Source: a virus. Taken from it: a stretch of 64,000 nucleotides of DNA. The notes under the pieces were generated by a model. The model did not search any database. It was not told the DNA's origin and saw nothing but the letters and a program-made list of their open reading frames with translations. The stretch's first letter is position 1. Each line of letters opens with the position of its first letter. This document shows positions 10,027 to 25,000 of this stretch, piece after piece. Location: positions 32,001-96,000 of the IMG/VR virus record IMGVR_UViG_3300037963_004147; one strand, written 5' to 3'. A program made the position numbers and the translations under genes.

Positions 10027-13000
10027 ATGTCAGATTTTGAAAAAGATGTAAAGAGTAATGCCGTTAACTCAATAGCACCTGGTGTTCCTCAAGATATGTT
10101 TGTTTTTGAATCTATTTCTGATTTAGAGACTCCACCTGATATTGCTGAGTTTGATCCAAATCTAGATCAAGGATATTTAGATATGCTATCTGCAGCTGCA
10201 CCAATTATAAATCAATTTTCACCTAATCCAACATCTAATATGAGGTCCCCTTTTCCTGGACCTGCAACAGATACATATAATCCTGTAGCACAAAAAGTAC
10301 CAAAAGCTAGTGGTAATGAATCTATAATGAATAAGTTTAGGCAAATAGGTGAGGTTGCAAAAAACTTAAATCCTGAAAATCCTGAAAATAAAAATACAAC
10401 TTTCGGAAAGAGTATGAACTCTATAAAAATTGCAGATCCTATATTTTCTAGTATAAGAGAAAGTCAATTTGATAGATACTATGAACATGGTGAGTTTGGT
10501 AAATTAGGATGGCACCCATATGCAGATAATGAAACTTATTATAATGAAAATTCATCATGGTGGGATAATGCAGGAAGAATGTTTGGTGAGATGGGTAGAC
10601 TTGCATGGACTGGTATGAAAGCCAACTATAGTAGTTGGGGCTCTGCAGATTCAATGGATCTTAATGCTGCTGTAGAATTTGAAGATGCAATGAGAATTGG
10701 TAGTTCTACAACAGGTGGTTTTGGTGGAGGTCTTAATAATTTACTTCTTCAGTCTGGATATACATTTGGAATTATTGGTACAATTGCACTTGAAGAACTT
10801 GCAATGTGGGGAGCTACTGCGGCATTGGCTGCCGCAACTCCATTTACTGCTGGTGCTTCTGGTGCTGGTGCTGTTGCCACAGGTACAGCTGCTACTGTTA
10901 GAACAGGGTACAATATGGCTAAGTTAGCTAAACTTGGTAGAAGAATAGCTGATTCATTTGATGTTTCTAGAATGCTACGAGGAACAAGAAGCATGATGAA
11001 GAATATGAATAAAGCAGATAATGCTAGAGGTTTTTGGAATAGTGTAAGATCAGGAGGAAACGTACTTGGAAACTTTGTAGCTCCTGAAACTATGGCAGCA
11101 TTTAAAGCTCTTAAGTCAGCTGAAAAAGCAGGAGATAATCTTACATCAATGGCAAAAATTTCTAAAGGTGTAGGAGGATTTTATAGAGATCTTCGTTCAT
11201 TAAACTTTGCACTATCAGAAGGTAGAATGGAAGCTGGATCTACATATATGGATGTCTTGAACAGATCTATGGCTCAGATGAAAGAGAATAATTTAGCTGA
11301 AGGTTTAAGTGAAAATTTAACAGATTCTCAAATAGCAATGGCAGACGCAAGAGCTCAAGAAGCTGCATTTGCTACAACATCTTGGAATGCACCTTTAATT
11401 TATTTATCTAATCAATTGCTTCTTGGTAATTCTATGGGAGGTTTTAAAAGAACTCTTAATCAAGCAATGCGTGATAATATTGAGGGTGTTGGAAGACGTA
11501 TTCTTAAAACTAAAGCTGCAGTTAAAACTGGAAAAGATGGTGCAAAGACAATTGCAAAAGATGTCTTTGAAGATGTAGGTGAAAGTTTTATGAATTATAA
11601 ATACTTATATAAATCTGTAAAAGCTGGAGGAATAAAAGGTGGAGCAACAATGGCTGCAGGTGCAGGTTTAAGATTTTTTGCAGCGAATGTTGGAGAAGGT
11701 TTACAAGAAGTTTATCAAGAAGCTGTAGCTAAAGGTGTAAGTGATTACTATACTGCTTTAGCCACAGATCCAATGGCAGGTGGTAGTGAGTTATTTCAAA
11801 CTTCAGCACTAGCAGGTTTATCAGAACAATTTAGCGGTCAAGGTCTTCATACTTTTATGTCTGGTTTCTTGATGGGTGGTGTAGTAGCAGGTCCTCAAAA
11901 GTTAGTATTTCAAGGTATGCCAATGTTATATCAAAAAACATTTAACAAAAAGGAATACGCAGAATATAAAGCAAATAAAGAAAAATTAGTTGCAGACTTA
12001 GTAAATACATATAATAGTGCATGGAATTCTCAAGCAGATGATGTTCAAAATATGTTTGACTCAACTAAATTAAACTTTTTAAATCAAAAGCAAGAAGCAT
12101 CTGAAATGGTTGCAGCACAACTAGAAGATTCAATGTTTAACTTTATTGATGCAAAAGATAATGCTAAATTCCAACAGTTAAATACTATATTTAAAACAGG
12201 TAGACAAGATTTTTACAGAGAGCAGTTAGAAGATTATTTACAATTAACAGACGAAGAACTTGCAGAAGCATTTCCACAAGAAGCTTCTAGAGCTAAGTCT
12301 GGTAAATTAAGATCAACCATTCAAGATCAGATAAAGAAGATTGATGAAATGGAAGTGACTTATGAAAAAAATTTAGAAGACTTTGTAAATCCATTTGATC
12401 CAAAAGCATTTAAACCAGGTTCAAGAGAACAGAATGATGAAGCATTAAAACATTTTGCATTTGAACATGCTAGAATGTTATATCTATTTACTAAAGATGG
12501 ATTCCAAAGAGCTCTAGAAAGATCTGAAAGTATCTTTAGTGAATTAGAATCTGATCCTGTTATTTCAAAAATGGCAGCTAATGATGTAACTGTATTACTT
12601 AATAAAGATACATTACAACAAGAGATATCTCAATTAAAAGCTGAGATTCCAGGTTTAGGTGAAGCAGGAACAAAAAGACTAAAAAAGGATAAAGAGAAAA
12701 AATTAGAAGCACTAGAAGCTGTAGCTGATGTTTTATATAATGAAGAATATCAAACAAAAACTGGAAGGTTTGATAGAAGACGTATACAAAAATTAACACC
12801 AACTATATTAAACTATTTAAAAACTGTAGCTAGATCTAAAGATGCTTTTGTAAATCCAGAACTTATTCAAGAAACAATTAAAAAGATTGTAGATCATAAC
12901 CATCTTAGTAATAGACAAAAGGTTTATGATAAGAGTATTCAGTTTTTAAATAACCCTGATCAGTTTGATGCAATAGTTAGAAGATCTTATGAGTATTTAA

Positions 13001-16000
13001 AATATGCACATAAGAATCAACTTGAAATGTATGAAAAAGCTATTAGAAAATTTATTAATAAAAAAGAAATTAATCAGTTTTTAAATCAATTAGCTAAAGT
13101 AGGAGTTTATGCAGATATGAGTGAAACTTTAGAGTTTGCAGAGACTGGAAATATTGATAGTTTAACTGTATTCTATTCAGAGAGTGGTATGGTTAATAAA
13201 GTAAATGATCCTGAATTATTTGCCGAGATTCAAAATTTAATACAAACATATAGACAAACAGCTCAACCCCAAGTTCAATCAGATATAGCAGAATCAAAAT
13301 CATCAGAAGTTAAGAAGAGTAAAAAAGCTCAAGCTGTACAAGAAGAAGTTGATGAAATTTTAGAGGATGCTGAAATATCTGGACCAGAAGCTGAGGTTTA
13401 TGGTAAAGCAAAAGATGAGTCTCCAATTCTTGAAAAATTATTAAAACAAAAATATCAAGAGGTTAGAGCTTTTGCTATACAAAAAGGAGTTAAGAAAATA
13501 CCAAGCTTTAATGATTATATTAAAACACCTGCGGCACAATCATATATATCAGCATATGTAGCATTAAAGAAAATGTGGTATCAAACTTTAACTGGTATAG
13601 AGGATGAAGGAATTAGAATGGAAAGGTTTAAAAAAGACCAAGGTTTTTTATCATGGTTAAAGTTACAACAAACTAATGATAAAGTTGTAGATGTACTTTC
13701 TGTTACTAATACAAAATTTAATGACTTTATAAAAGGGATGGCTGAGGATGTAGGAAGTACTCCTGAGCAAGATAAAAAAAATAAAGTTGCGGGTCTTGAA
13801 GGTCCTTCACAAATTGTAGAAGTAAAGAGTACAGATGATCAAGGAAACCCTGTTACTTTCTATCAAATATTAGATAAGTTTGGTGAACCGGTTGCATATG
13901 AATTAACTGAAGAAGCTGGCTTACCAGTTGGTTTATCATTTACAGATTTAGGAAAAGCAAAACAAGCAAAAGCTAAGTTAGATGCATCTATTCCAGATAC
14001 TGCTGAAATGGAAATAAGAAACAGTAAAGGTGAAGTTGTTGAGAAGTTAGTATTTGGACAAGAGGTTATTGAAAAATCAACTGGTAATAAATACATTGTT
14101 GTTAGTACTCCTAGTAAATTATCAAAAGGAGGTAAATTATATTTATTTCCTGCTAGTCTTGCAGGTACAGTAACGCAATTGCAAGCAAGAAGAAATAAAT
14201 CAGAGAAAATAAATCCTGCTGATTTTGCGGGTAGATTTAAAGCATCAAGTTATTCTTTAACTGATGTTTCATTACCTGCTAATGTAAGTAAATTAAATAT
14301 TGATGAGGCAACTAAAATTCAATATCAACAAAATGGCAGATTTACAAAAGACAAAGAATGGGAAGGGAATTCAAAGAAAAGATTTCAGTTAATACTTCAA
14401 AATCTATCAGAAGAACAGTTTAATAAATTAGAAGTTGTAGTTAAAAGAAATATTGATGGAGGTAAAGTAACTCAAGAAAAATTTACATTTCCTGAAAAAG
14501 CACCAAATAGACTTATAAAAAGAACTAAACAATCATATAGTATAGCACTAAGAATACCGGCTGATATTATGAAAACATTGGAGCCTAAAATTTTAGATGC
14601 TGATTTAGCTCTTCCTGAAAATAATATCTTAGGTTATATACCAAATACAGATGTTCAGTTATATGATACTAATGGAGCAAGAATAAATCCATTAAATATA
14701 ACAACTGATCAGATTGGAAATTTATTTCAAATTTCAGGCAAGACAAAAGAAAATGCAGCCAAAGAAATAAGAAGAAACTTTGCTATACAACAATCAATTG
14801 TAAATGATATAAATAAGAAGTTAGGTAAAGATGAGAGTGGAACTTTAACTTTAGAAGATATAGGTGGTGTTAACTTTGTAGCAACTGCAGGACAAATGCA
14901 GTTTTTACCAACAGGAGTCACTAATAAAATAGAAAACTTACAATATAATACCGTTGATGGTACAATGGTTATATTAGATAATGGCAATAATAGATTTGTC
15001 ACAGATATGACCGGTAGTGTAGAAGATCAAATTGATTTTGAAGATAAGGTTAAAGCTGATATGCAAGCTCAAAACACAAATATATTTGAGAATGCTAAGA
15101 AAGCTGGTAGATATGTAATGATTGTTAAGCAACCTAATGGAATGTTTTCTTACTTTCCAATCAAAACAGATGTTCTAGAAAAAAGTACATTAAATGATAT
15201 TGCTAATGAAATTATAGAAAGATCAGCATTAAGTCAAAAAGACAACACTAAAAAAATTGAAGGTGCAACAACTCCAGTTATTAATGACATGGAATTTAAT
15301 AGTGAGTTTAATCAAGAACTCAATAATAAATTTTATATTGCATCTACTCCTGGTTATTCATTTGATATTAATGTAAATGCAAATGGTGCAGTAGAATTAA
15401 GAGTTTTTGATAGAGACAATAAACAAGTTGTAAAATATATCCAAAACGATAAAGCTGCTATTGAAGCTTGGGGTAAAGTTGAAGATAAAACTCAACTTTT
15501 AAATGAATTATTTGAGAATGCTGATAAAAGTTTTAAAGAACAATATTCAAAAGTAACTTCAAAAACACCAGCTATAAGAAAGCAAGTTTTAAAAGATGTT
15601 GCTAATCTAAAATTAAATTTAGGATCTATAAGAAAAAGTTTTCCTGTAACAGCTTCAGCGTCAGAAATTGCAGAAACATCTGTAACAACTGTAGGTTCTC
15701 AAGTAAGAAAAGATTCTAAATTAAGAGTTAATATTAATGGTATAGATGTAAGCCAGATAGAAACTGCAGGAGTGTTTACTCCTAGTGAGGTATTTACAGA
15801 TGCAAATGGAAATCCTATACCTAAAGGTGGACCATTAACAACATCTTCAGAAAGTATGAATAATATTGAGATTGAAGGTGCTGAGTTAGACGCAATGTCT
15901 AAAGAAGATTTTGAAGCATTAAAAGCTGATAATTTTAAAGGTCTTACTGAGGCACAAATTACAGCTATTGCAATAAAACTAAGCGATCCTTCAAGTCTTA

Positions 16001-19000
16001 CTGCTAGAGAAGGTCAAGTAATGAGCAATGTAGTATCTTCAGGTATAGTGCAGATGAAACATCTTTCTTTAAAGAAAAATAACCCTGCTTCAGAAAATAC
16101 AACTCCCGGTGAAACCGGTAGTGCACAAATGGATAGAAGTGCTTTAATGAAAAAAGCAGCTTCACTTAGATCAAAGATAGAAGCTTTAGAAGATGCCATT
16201 GCAGATAGAGGTTTGTCTACTACAGCTGAAGAAGAAGCTATAGCAAATGATCCAGAAATTAAAAAATTAACTAAGGAACGTAATGATATATTAGATAAGT
16301 TAAGTGCTAATAAAATTGTAGCTGAGAATTTATCTGAAGAAGATGTTAATAATATTGATGAGTTTTTAGCTTGGGCAGAATCTGCATTACCTGGTTTTAT
16401 TACAACTCAAGATATTAATACACTAGGTAATAATACAAAAGCAGGAGGGAAGAGAGTTGGTGCATTTGTAATGGATATGCATAATATTGCTGGAGGTATG
16501 AACATTGCTGGTACGATCTATGCTGATCAAACTAAATATGCATACCATGAAGCTTTTCATGCTGTATTTAGAATGTTATTAACAGAAGAACAACAACAAA
16601 AGTTTTATACTATTGCAAGAAAAGAAGTTAGAGCTAAGTTGCGTGCTGAAGGAAAAAGTTTTAAAGAAGAGATTGAGAAACTTAAAAATTCAGATCTCAC
16701 TAGATATGCAAACTATTCACAAAAAGCATTAGAAAATTTATACTATGAGGAATACATGGCTGATGAATTTCAAAAATTCAAAACAGATCCAAAAAGTACT
16801 AAAACAGATTCTTTCATTAAGTCTTTCTTTAATAAACTTATGGAGTGGCTTAGATCTATTTTCAAAAAATACAACGCCAATGAGCTTAAGTTTTTATTTG
16901 AAGAGGTTGATGCAGGAAAATTTAAGACGGCAGATGTTGCTGTTAATTCTTTTACGGAAGAAGCAGGTATGGGTGTCACGATACAGGCCAATAAGATATT
17001 ACGTACTAAAGAAATATCATTAGACTCTGGTAAAAAAGAATATGAATATTTAGATTCAAAAACTAGTAGGGCTATTATATCTGCAATTAGTGCAAGAGTT
17101 ATTAATGAACAATTAAAATCTGATAATCCTGAATTTGATATAGTAGAGTCTGTAAAAGAGTCTTTAAATCTTTATAAGAATCTATATAATAATGATACTG
17201 AACTTTATAGAAGTTTAAATTCTTCAGATAAAAGAAAATTAAGAGCTGTAAGAAAAGCATTTAATGAATATGGTAAAGATATAGTTGATGGTGTTCTTGA
17301 GGAGTTAGCTTTATATGATATTAAGCTTGAAACAGCAGAAGATGAAAATGGAATGTTTGAAGAAGCATTTGGTTTAAGAACAACAAGTGATTGGGATAAA
17401 GATGCATCAATGACTGGAGGATTTAGGTCATTACCTTCTTTCCTTAGAAAGTATATAGGAACCACTGTTTTTGTTGATGAGGTAAATGGAAAACCTAAAA
17501 CAGATATGTTTGGTAATTTGCATTTACCTGTAAGTGATATAGGAACACAGAAGCAAGAAAACGTTTTAACTACAGTTGACTTTGGTGTAGCATATTCAGG
17601 TTTCTTAAAAGCATCAAGCGGTCAAACAGATCCTGTTAAAGTAATGCAGCAATTATATTTATTTGGTAAAAATAATCCTCAAACTCAAGCTGTAGTTCGG
17701 AGACTTATGGATGATGTTGGTCTTGTTTGGGAAGGTCAACTTGAGGAAGGTATTATTCCAGATAACTTAAAAGACCCTAGTTTATTTCAAGCAATTATAA
17801 AAGGCTTTTCAAACTTTAAAGTTGATTATTTATTTATACATAGACGTACATCAGATAACCAGGTATTTACATATAATGCAGCAAATAGGGATGATGCACA
17901 TACACAAATTGAAAAGTGGTCAGAGGCTTACAGACAGTTAAGAGTATTACAAGCAAATAATCCAGATAAGTTAAATGCTTCTTTAAAAGATCTAAGAAAA
18001 CTTTTAGGATACTTAGATCCAAATAAACCACAAAATAAAATATCAAATGGTAAGTTAGATGTTCTTTCAAATAATATAGCTAAGTCATTAAAAGAAGCAA
18101 CCGGTATATCATTAAGTCCACAATATATTGAATTTAGTATTGCTAGTAATATTTTAGAACCAACAGCTAATCAAAAATCTATTATAAATGCAAATTCAGA
18201 TGTCAAAGCAATAGAGTATGAGGACGTTATGTATTTGAGAAATGGTCTTGAAGAAGGTTCAAATATAATGTCTGAAAGTGATGAGGGTGTTTATAATAGA
18301 TTAAGACAAATGGCATTGGGTAATGCTCCATTTGATGAAAATATTGGAGCATCAGTATTTAAAAATCCAAATGGAGATTTAGTATATGCTCATCAATTAC
18401 CAACATTTCATTTAAAACAAATAGCTAAACTAAATGATGTAAAAGGTGCTGGTGAAGTAATAAAACAACTAAAAGAAAAAGATTATTTAGAACAAAACTC
18501 TCTTGTAAATAGTCCTTGGTTTAAACAACTTTCTGCAGAAGGAAGATTAAAAGTAACAAGGATTGCGGGTACTAAAGCTAGTAAAAACATTAGACAAGAT
18601 GATGCTGGTGGTATTGAAGAAGGTTATGATAAAAATGAGACAGGTACTACTTATGGTGAATTAAGTAAAGCTGATATTATAAATTCTTTAGTTAGTTCAT
18701 ATATTGCAAATGTAAATGCTGTTTCAGGAAAAGTTAATGGTGTATTTGCAGAAGGTGAAGAAAGAGCTTTAGCTCCTTCATTATTGAGGGTAATTGAAGC
18801 ATCAAGTACAGGAGATATGGTATCTCTTCCTGTGATGAAAACTGTTGAAAAAGGTGAAGGCGGATCAATACAACTTACAGATGAAGCATTAACAGCCTAT
18901 ATAAATAATATTCAAGCAGAAGCTAATAGAATTGCTTCTGAACATAAAGGCAAAACTTATGATAATGTTAAAGAAGAAGGTGACTTAATTGCAGGATATA

Positions 19001-22000
19001 ATGCTGATAAGTCAGGACAAAAGTTTGATCCAGATGGCAGAGCATTTAAATTTCATAATACAGGAAATTTATTAACTGCTATAAAACTTAAAAGTTTAGA
19101 TAAATCCGGTATACCGCAGTTTTTAACTAAAACTGAAGTGTCAGATAGGCTTCGTAATAATAATGAAGGCTCACAAAAAATGTGGATGGCTTCAGATACA
19201 GCAGTTGAAAAATCAGGTCATAACCAAAGAGGTACTATAGTTCAAGTTATATTACAGGGAGCTGAAAGTGTAGAGTATACAAATAAGAAAGGTAAAAAAG
19301 GTACAAAGCTTGAAGCTAATAAAGGTGATGATGGTACATTACACAATGTTAAGTATTGGGGTAAGATTAATTTTAAAGAACAAAGTGCTGAAGATAGACA
19401 AACTATTATACAAGCTTTAGGTAATGCTATAGTGCCACAATCTTTTGAAAGTGAAACTCATACAAATAAAGTTGTAATAGGAGATAAAGTATTTAAAGTA
19501 GAATCAAAAGGTTTAGCACAATGGTTAAGAGGTACTGGATCTCAACATTTTTATCAAGTTGTTGAGGAAGCTGGAGAAGTAAATGAAAATTTAAAAGACT
19601 TAAAAGGTCAATTAGAAGAAGCAATTAAAGAGAATCCAGATGCATCATTTGATGAACATTTAAAAGCAATTGGTGAATCAAGAGAGAGTTTAAAAAATTA
19701 TGTTTCTAATAGATTAATAAGTGAGTTTAGACAATTTGATAAAGAAATTAAAGATAGTAAAATTGAATTACCATCATTCTTAAAGACTGGTATTACTAGA
19801 CCAAAAGATGGAACTACTGATGCCGGTAATTTTGCTGCAACAAATAGAAAGTTAAATCTAATTAAGGATAAAGATTATAACTTAATGCAAATATTTTTTA
19901 ATGATTGGTTAAATACAACTGCTTTAAATGATGTTATACTTGGCGATCAAGCAATATCATTAAAGGATGCAGTTGATCAAGTTAAAAGGGCTAAGATGCA
20001 AAATGCTGCATATTATAGTGCTAAAAGTGATATAGTAGCTCCTGATTTAGGTATTAACGAAAAGGTTAGTAATATAGCATTGTTTCCTACCACAGAACCA
20101 ACCGCACCTTCAAGACATACAAAGGCTAAGATTGATCAAGCAGATGCTCAGTTATGGATGACACCAAAAGCATTCAAACATATGTGGTTTGGTTTTGGTA
20201 AACTAACACCATCACAAAGTGCATTATTTGATAAAGTAATGAAAGGGGAAAAGGTAAATGTGGAAGATATCTATGGTAAGAATGGTGCAGCTAAGAAAGG
20301 GGAAATGTTAAACTCTAAAAAACTTGTGTATGGCGATGGTCAAACATTTGTTAAGATGTCTGCATTCATGCTTTCAAAAGAATATACATCATATCAAAAT
20401 GAAAAAGGTGATTGGGTAGCTAGACCAGATAAAGTAAAACTCCATAATATGAGGGAAAAAATGGAGGCCTATGAAAGAAAGCATAAAACAATTGCTGTAT
20501 CAGCTCCTCTATCTGCATTAAAAATGATGAAGAAAAATGTCAATGACATTGATTCTATGATTGATTTCTCTGGTGAATTAACTGAAAAGAATGCAATGAA
20601 TCTTGATGCAGAGTACATGGGCCTTCAAGTATTAAATCCATCTAATAAATTAGAGATAGTTGATCCAACTCAAATTAGAACTATTGTTACTGGAGAACAA
20701 GAATTTCCTGATGATTTAACAGTTACATTGCCAGATGGTAATGAGATGTCTGTTCTACAATTAAGATCAGCATATAATCAAGCTGTTAGTGATAGACAAA
20801 CTCAAAAGTATCTTGATAAAAGAAATTTAATTTTTGATATTGACTATGCAATGGATGAATTACATAAGGGAATGGCAGAAAATAAAATATCTGCAAATCT
20901 ATTAAGTTATCTTCAATATGCTCAAACATCACTAAGCTCAAGTCAATCATCTAGTGAGTTATTAGAGTTCTTTAGTTTTGATCCAGATACTGGACAGCAA
21001 AATTATAATTTAGATAATCCAATAACTAAACAAAAATTTGAACAGTTATTTTTAAGCTATTTTAGTAAGAGTGTATTCTCTGAAAAAATACCAGGTACAT
21101 CTGCTGCATTAGTTTCAGATTATGGAGTTAATGTTTATAGAAGAGTTTTAAGTGTTGATGAAAATGGATATCCGGATCAACAAGAAATAATAAGATCTGA
21201 AGATTTTATTCAAAACTACTCTGTTACAGATTTAGTTCAAGGTAAAGAAGGACCTTTGGACTTTTCAAATGATGATCAATTTGGAAGATTAAAGACTGAG
21301 GTTGAAGCTTCAAAGGGTAAGGGTGTAATTATAATGGATAGACTTAGACCTGATATGAAAGAGTATATAAATGGAAAATATACCGGTATAAAATATAGCG
21401 AATCAATAATGCCTGCTCATCATAGAGAAGTAATGGAATTAGTAGGAGATACTGGTCCTATTCCTGAAGCTGTTGCAAAAATGTTTGGTATACGTATACC
21501 ATCTCAAGATAATCATTCTACTATAAGTATAAAATTAGTGGATATGATGCCAGCTTATTATGGATCAAGTATTATTTCACCAAGAGAATTAGTAGAGGTA
21601 TCAGGAGCTGACTTTGATATTGATAAATTATATCTTCAAATGAAGGAATGGTTTGTTGATGACAATGGTAATTTTAAAGAGTATTCAAATTCTTTTGAGG
21701 ATTATGTTAGATATATAAATAGTAAAGTAGGTACAAAAGGTACGAGTTATGCAGAGGCTCTTGCAAAATCAAAATTTAATTTAGATAACTCTTATACTGA
21801 AGCACAAAAGAAAGAAGCTATAGATGCAGGATTAACAGTTAGATCTTTAAATGCATTATCTGAATTAGGATTACCTATTTCAAAAAAAGAATACAATGCA
21901 TATGTAAAGAAAAATGAAAGAGCACCTTTTGCAGCTGGATATAATAATGAAATATTAGATTATAAAACAGCTTTGATGAGTCATGAAGGTGTTACAAGTA

Positions 22001-25000
22001 AAACAGGTGAGAATTCTGCAATATCATATGAACCTGCAGATATAGAAGTATTAACTGATCTTTGGGATGAAATACAAGAAGAAGTTCCTGAGTTAGCTGA
22101 ATTAGTTAATGAAGATGGTTTAGATGCAAATAACCTTCTTGGTAAATGGAGAGGTTACACGAATAACCATGAAGGTGCAAGATCTATTGGTTCAGCTGTA
22201 CTACCTAATTTATATTTAAGTTTATTACAAGAATATAATACTAAGTTTAAAAGTTTAAAAGTAGCAGGTGAAGAAACAGGTCCTAGATTTGTATTTAATG
22301 GTATAGTATATGATAAATTTACAAATAAGGTAGAGGATGGAATAGATTGGTCAAGAGAAGTTAACGCAGATGGTAGTCCTGGTAGAAGAAAACAATATAT
22401 TATCTCTGCATTAATTACAGCAATGACTGATAATGCTAAAGAAAGATTAGCAGCTAAATTAGGATTAACTAGAGATTCATTAGGTGGAGTTACAATGTTA
22501 ACTGCAATGGGTGTTCCAATTAGAACAAGTATATTATTATTTAATAATCCAAATGTTAAAGAAGCATATTATCAAAAATCATTAGATGATTCATTTGATT
22601 TACAATCATACTTTAGAAAGAAAAGTCAACAGTATAAAAGAATTGCAAATAGCATAGGTGGTGTTGATACTAATTTTGAATTAACTGATGATGCATTATT
22701 AGATGCTATACGTGATCCTGGACCAACATGGGGTAGCAATATAGAGTTAGGTATTAAACTAAATGAAGCTCAAGAAGCTGGGCAAGATTTTATAACTGCA
22801 AAACAGTTAGTAACTCAAATGAAAGTTCTTGAAACAATGTATAAGCCGGCTAGATCAAAGAAAAAATCTTCTAAAGCTACTGGTATAATTCCAATATCTT
22901 CAGAGTTTTTAAGTTTAGGTACATTAGTGTCTTTATCAAAAGGTATAGGAGGAAGTTTATCAGAAGCTGCTAGAATTGATAAGGCTATAAAAGATTTAAA
23001 ACTTGATTTAACTGATGAAGCATATTCAAAACTTGACTTTAATGAAAAGCCTTATGTAGATGTTAGAAAAATATTTAAAGGTAAAACTCATCAAGCTCAA
23101 ACATTAAAAATGTTTCAAGAGTTTTATAATGAATTATTACCAAATGTTTTTATTTCTCAATCAGAGCAGTTTAAGCAATTGATGGCTGCCATTCAAGCAA
23201 ATGGTAATCCTGCAGCTTTTAGAGATGCTGAAGTTAGAGATATGGTAGAAAGAGATTTGCTTTCATACTTAACTTTAAAGTCTTATATGCATACTACCCA
23301 GCAAGAAAAAGATAATAGTTTTATAGGTCATTTATCTAATGATTTACTATATGGTATTAATGGTAAAACAATTGCAGATATAATTGATGAAGCTAGAGAA
23401 GCATTGGATGGAAAATATAATTATTTCATTCAAGACTTTATAAAACTAGAAAGAGCAACTGATACTGGTAATAAGACTGGTGTTGACATGGCTACTACAA
23501 ATACTTTAACTAGATTAACTGACTCTGAGAAGGTAGACATACAAAATGGATTTAAAGAGTTATACAGTAATCCTGAGACAAGAGATTATGCTGTTTCAAT
23601 TATAAATTACTTAATGGTAAAAGATGGATTGCAACCAACATATAAAACATTATTAGCAGCTGTTGCACCTGCCGCATTAGGTAGATATTTAGATAATATT
23701 AATAATGTTAAAGCAGCATTTGCAAGAGGAAACTCTACATTATTTAAAAGTGTATTTGGCTTAGATAAGTTTGAGTTAGGTCAAGACTTTTTAGATAACT
23801 ACTATAGGTCAGCTAAATCTAGTAGAATAGTACCTTCAGTAGGAGATGACGTTGCAATTCCTGTATTTAATCCTAAATCTAAAGTAAATGTAGCAAAAGG
23901 TAATTTTACTGTAGATGAAGTTGCAAGTAATCCAAATACATTATATGTTATATTTGATAATGAAGCTAATGTAGGAAGTGCTAATAGTAAAGCTGTTAGA
24001 GGAATGGATAATGTAATTTCTATTAACATTAAAAAATCTGATGCAAATATTCCAGAAAACTTTTATGATCAAACAGAAGAGGATACGGTAAAGCAATATC
24101 TTGCAGATAAGGTTAATGAAATATTATCTGAAAGATCTATAAAAGATGATATTGTATTTCAAAGTTCAATTGATAAAGCAACAAGGGATGCACTAAAGAA
24201 AAATAGTGAACCTGTATATAATGAGCTTATATCATTAATGACCAATAATTTTAAGTATAATATTGCAGGTTATAAAACAGAACAAGAAAGAGAAGGAGAA
24301 AAAATAAATAAACAAGCATTAGAATCTCCTATAAGAATTGAAAAGACTGGAGATAGAAACTACTTGTACATTGATCTTTATAAAGGTATTGTTGCTACTC
24401 CTGAAATGCCTAACGCTGTTAATTATAAAGCAGCTCCAAGAAAAATGACAAAAGCAGGTCAAACTAAACTTTTAGAAAATAAAAATCTAATAAGCTCTAG
24501 AGGGTTTAAATTAAAAGGATTTCAAATAGATAATAAATATAATGAAGAAGTTCAACTGCCATTTACTGTTAGACATAAAGGTGTACTATACCAGTTAGTT
24601 AAAAAGACTAGTAGTGAAAAAGCTCCTATTAATACATCATCTGATATTATTTATGATGGTAGCTCTTTTGCACAAGGTAGTAGTGCAGTTTATGTAGAAT
24701 TACCTGCGATGGGATCTGTAGCACAATTTGGACCAGGATTTATATTTGGAGAGCAGAAAAAATATTCTCAAGTTAAAGAACTTATTGAAACCGCAAATGC
24801 ACCAGAAGATGTACCTGCAGATGATTCAACAAATCCAAAAGCAAAAGAACAAAGTGACGATGATTTCTTAAAACAATTTAGTAATAAGGTATCAAGAGAG
24901 TATAATGAAAATACTAAAAAAGTTACTTTTACATCTAAAAATAAATCTGCAAATGAGGTTACTGAATCTGATTATAAAAATGATATAGGAGATCCTAATA

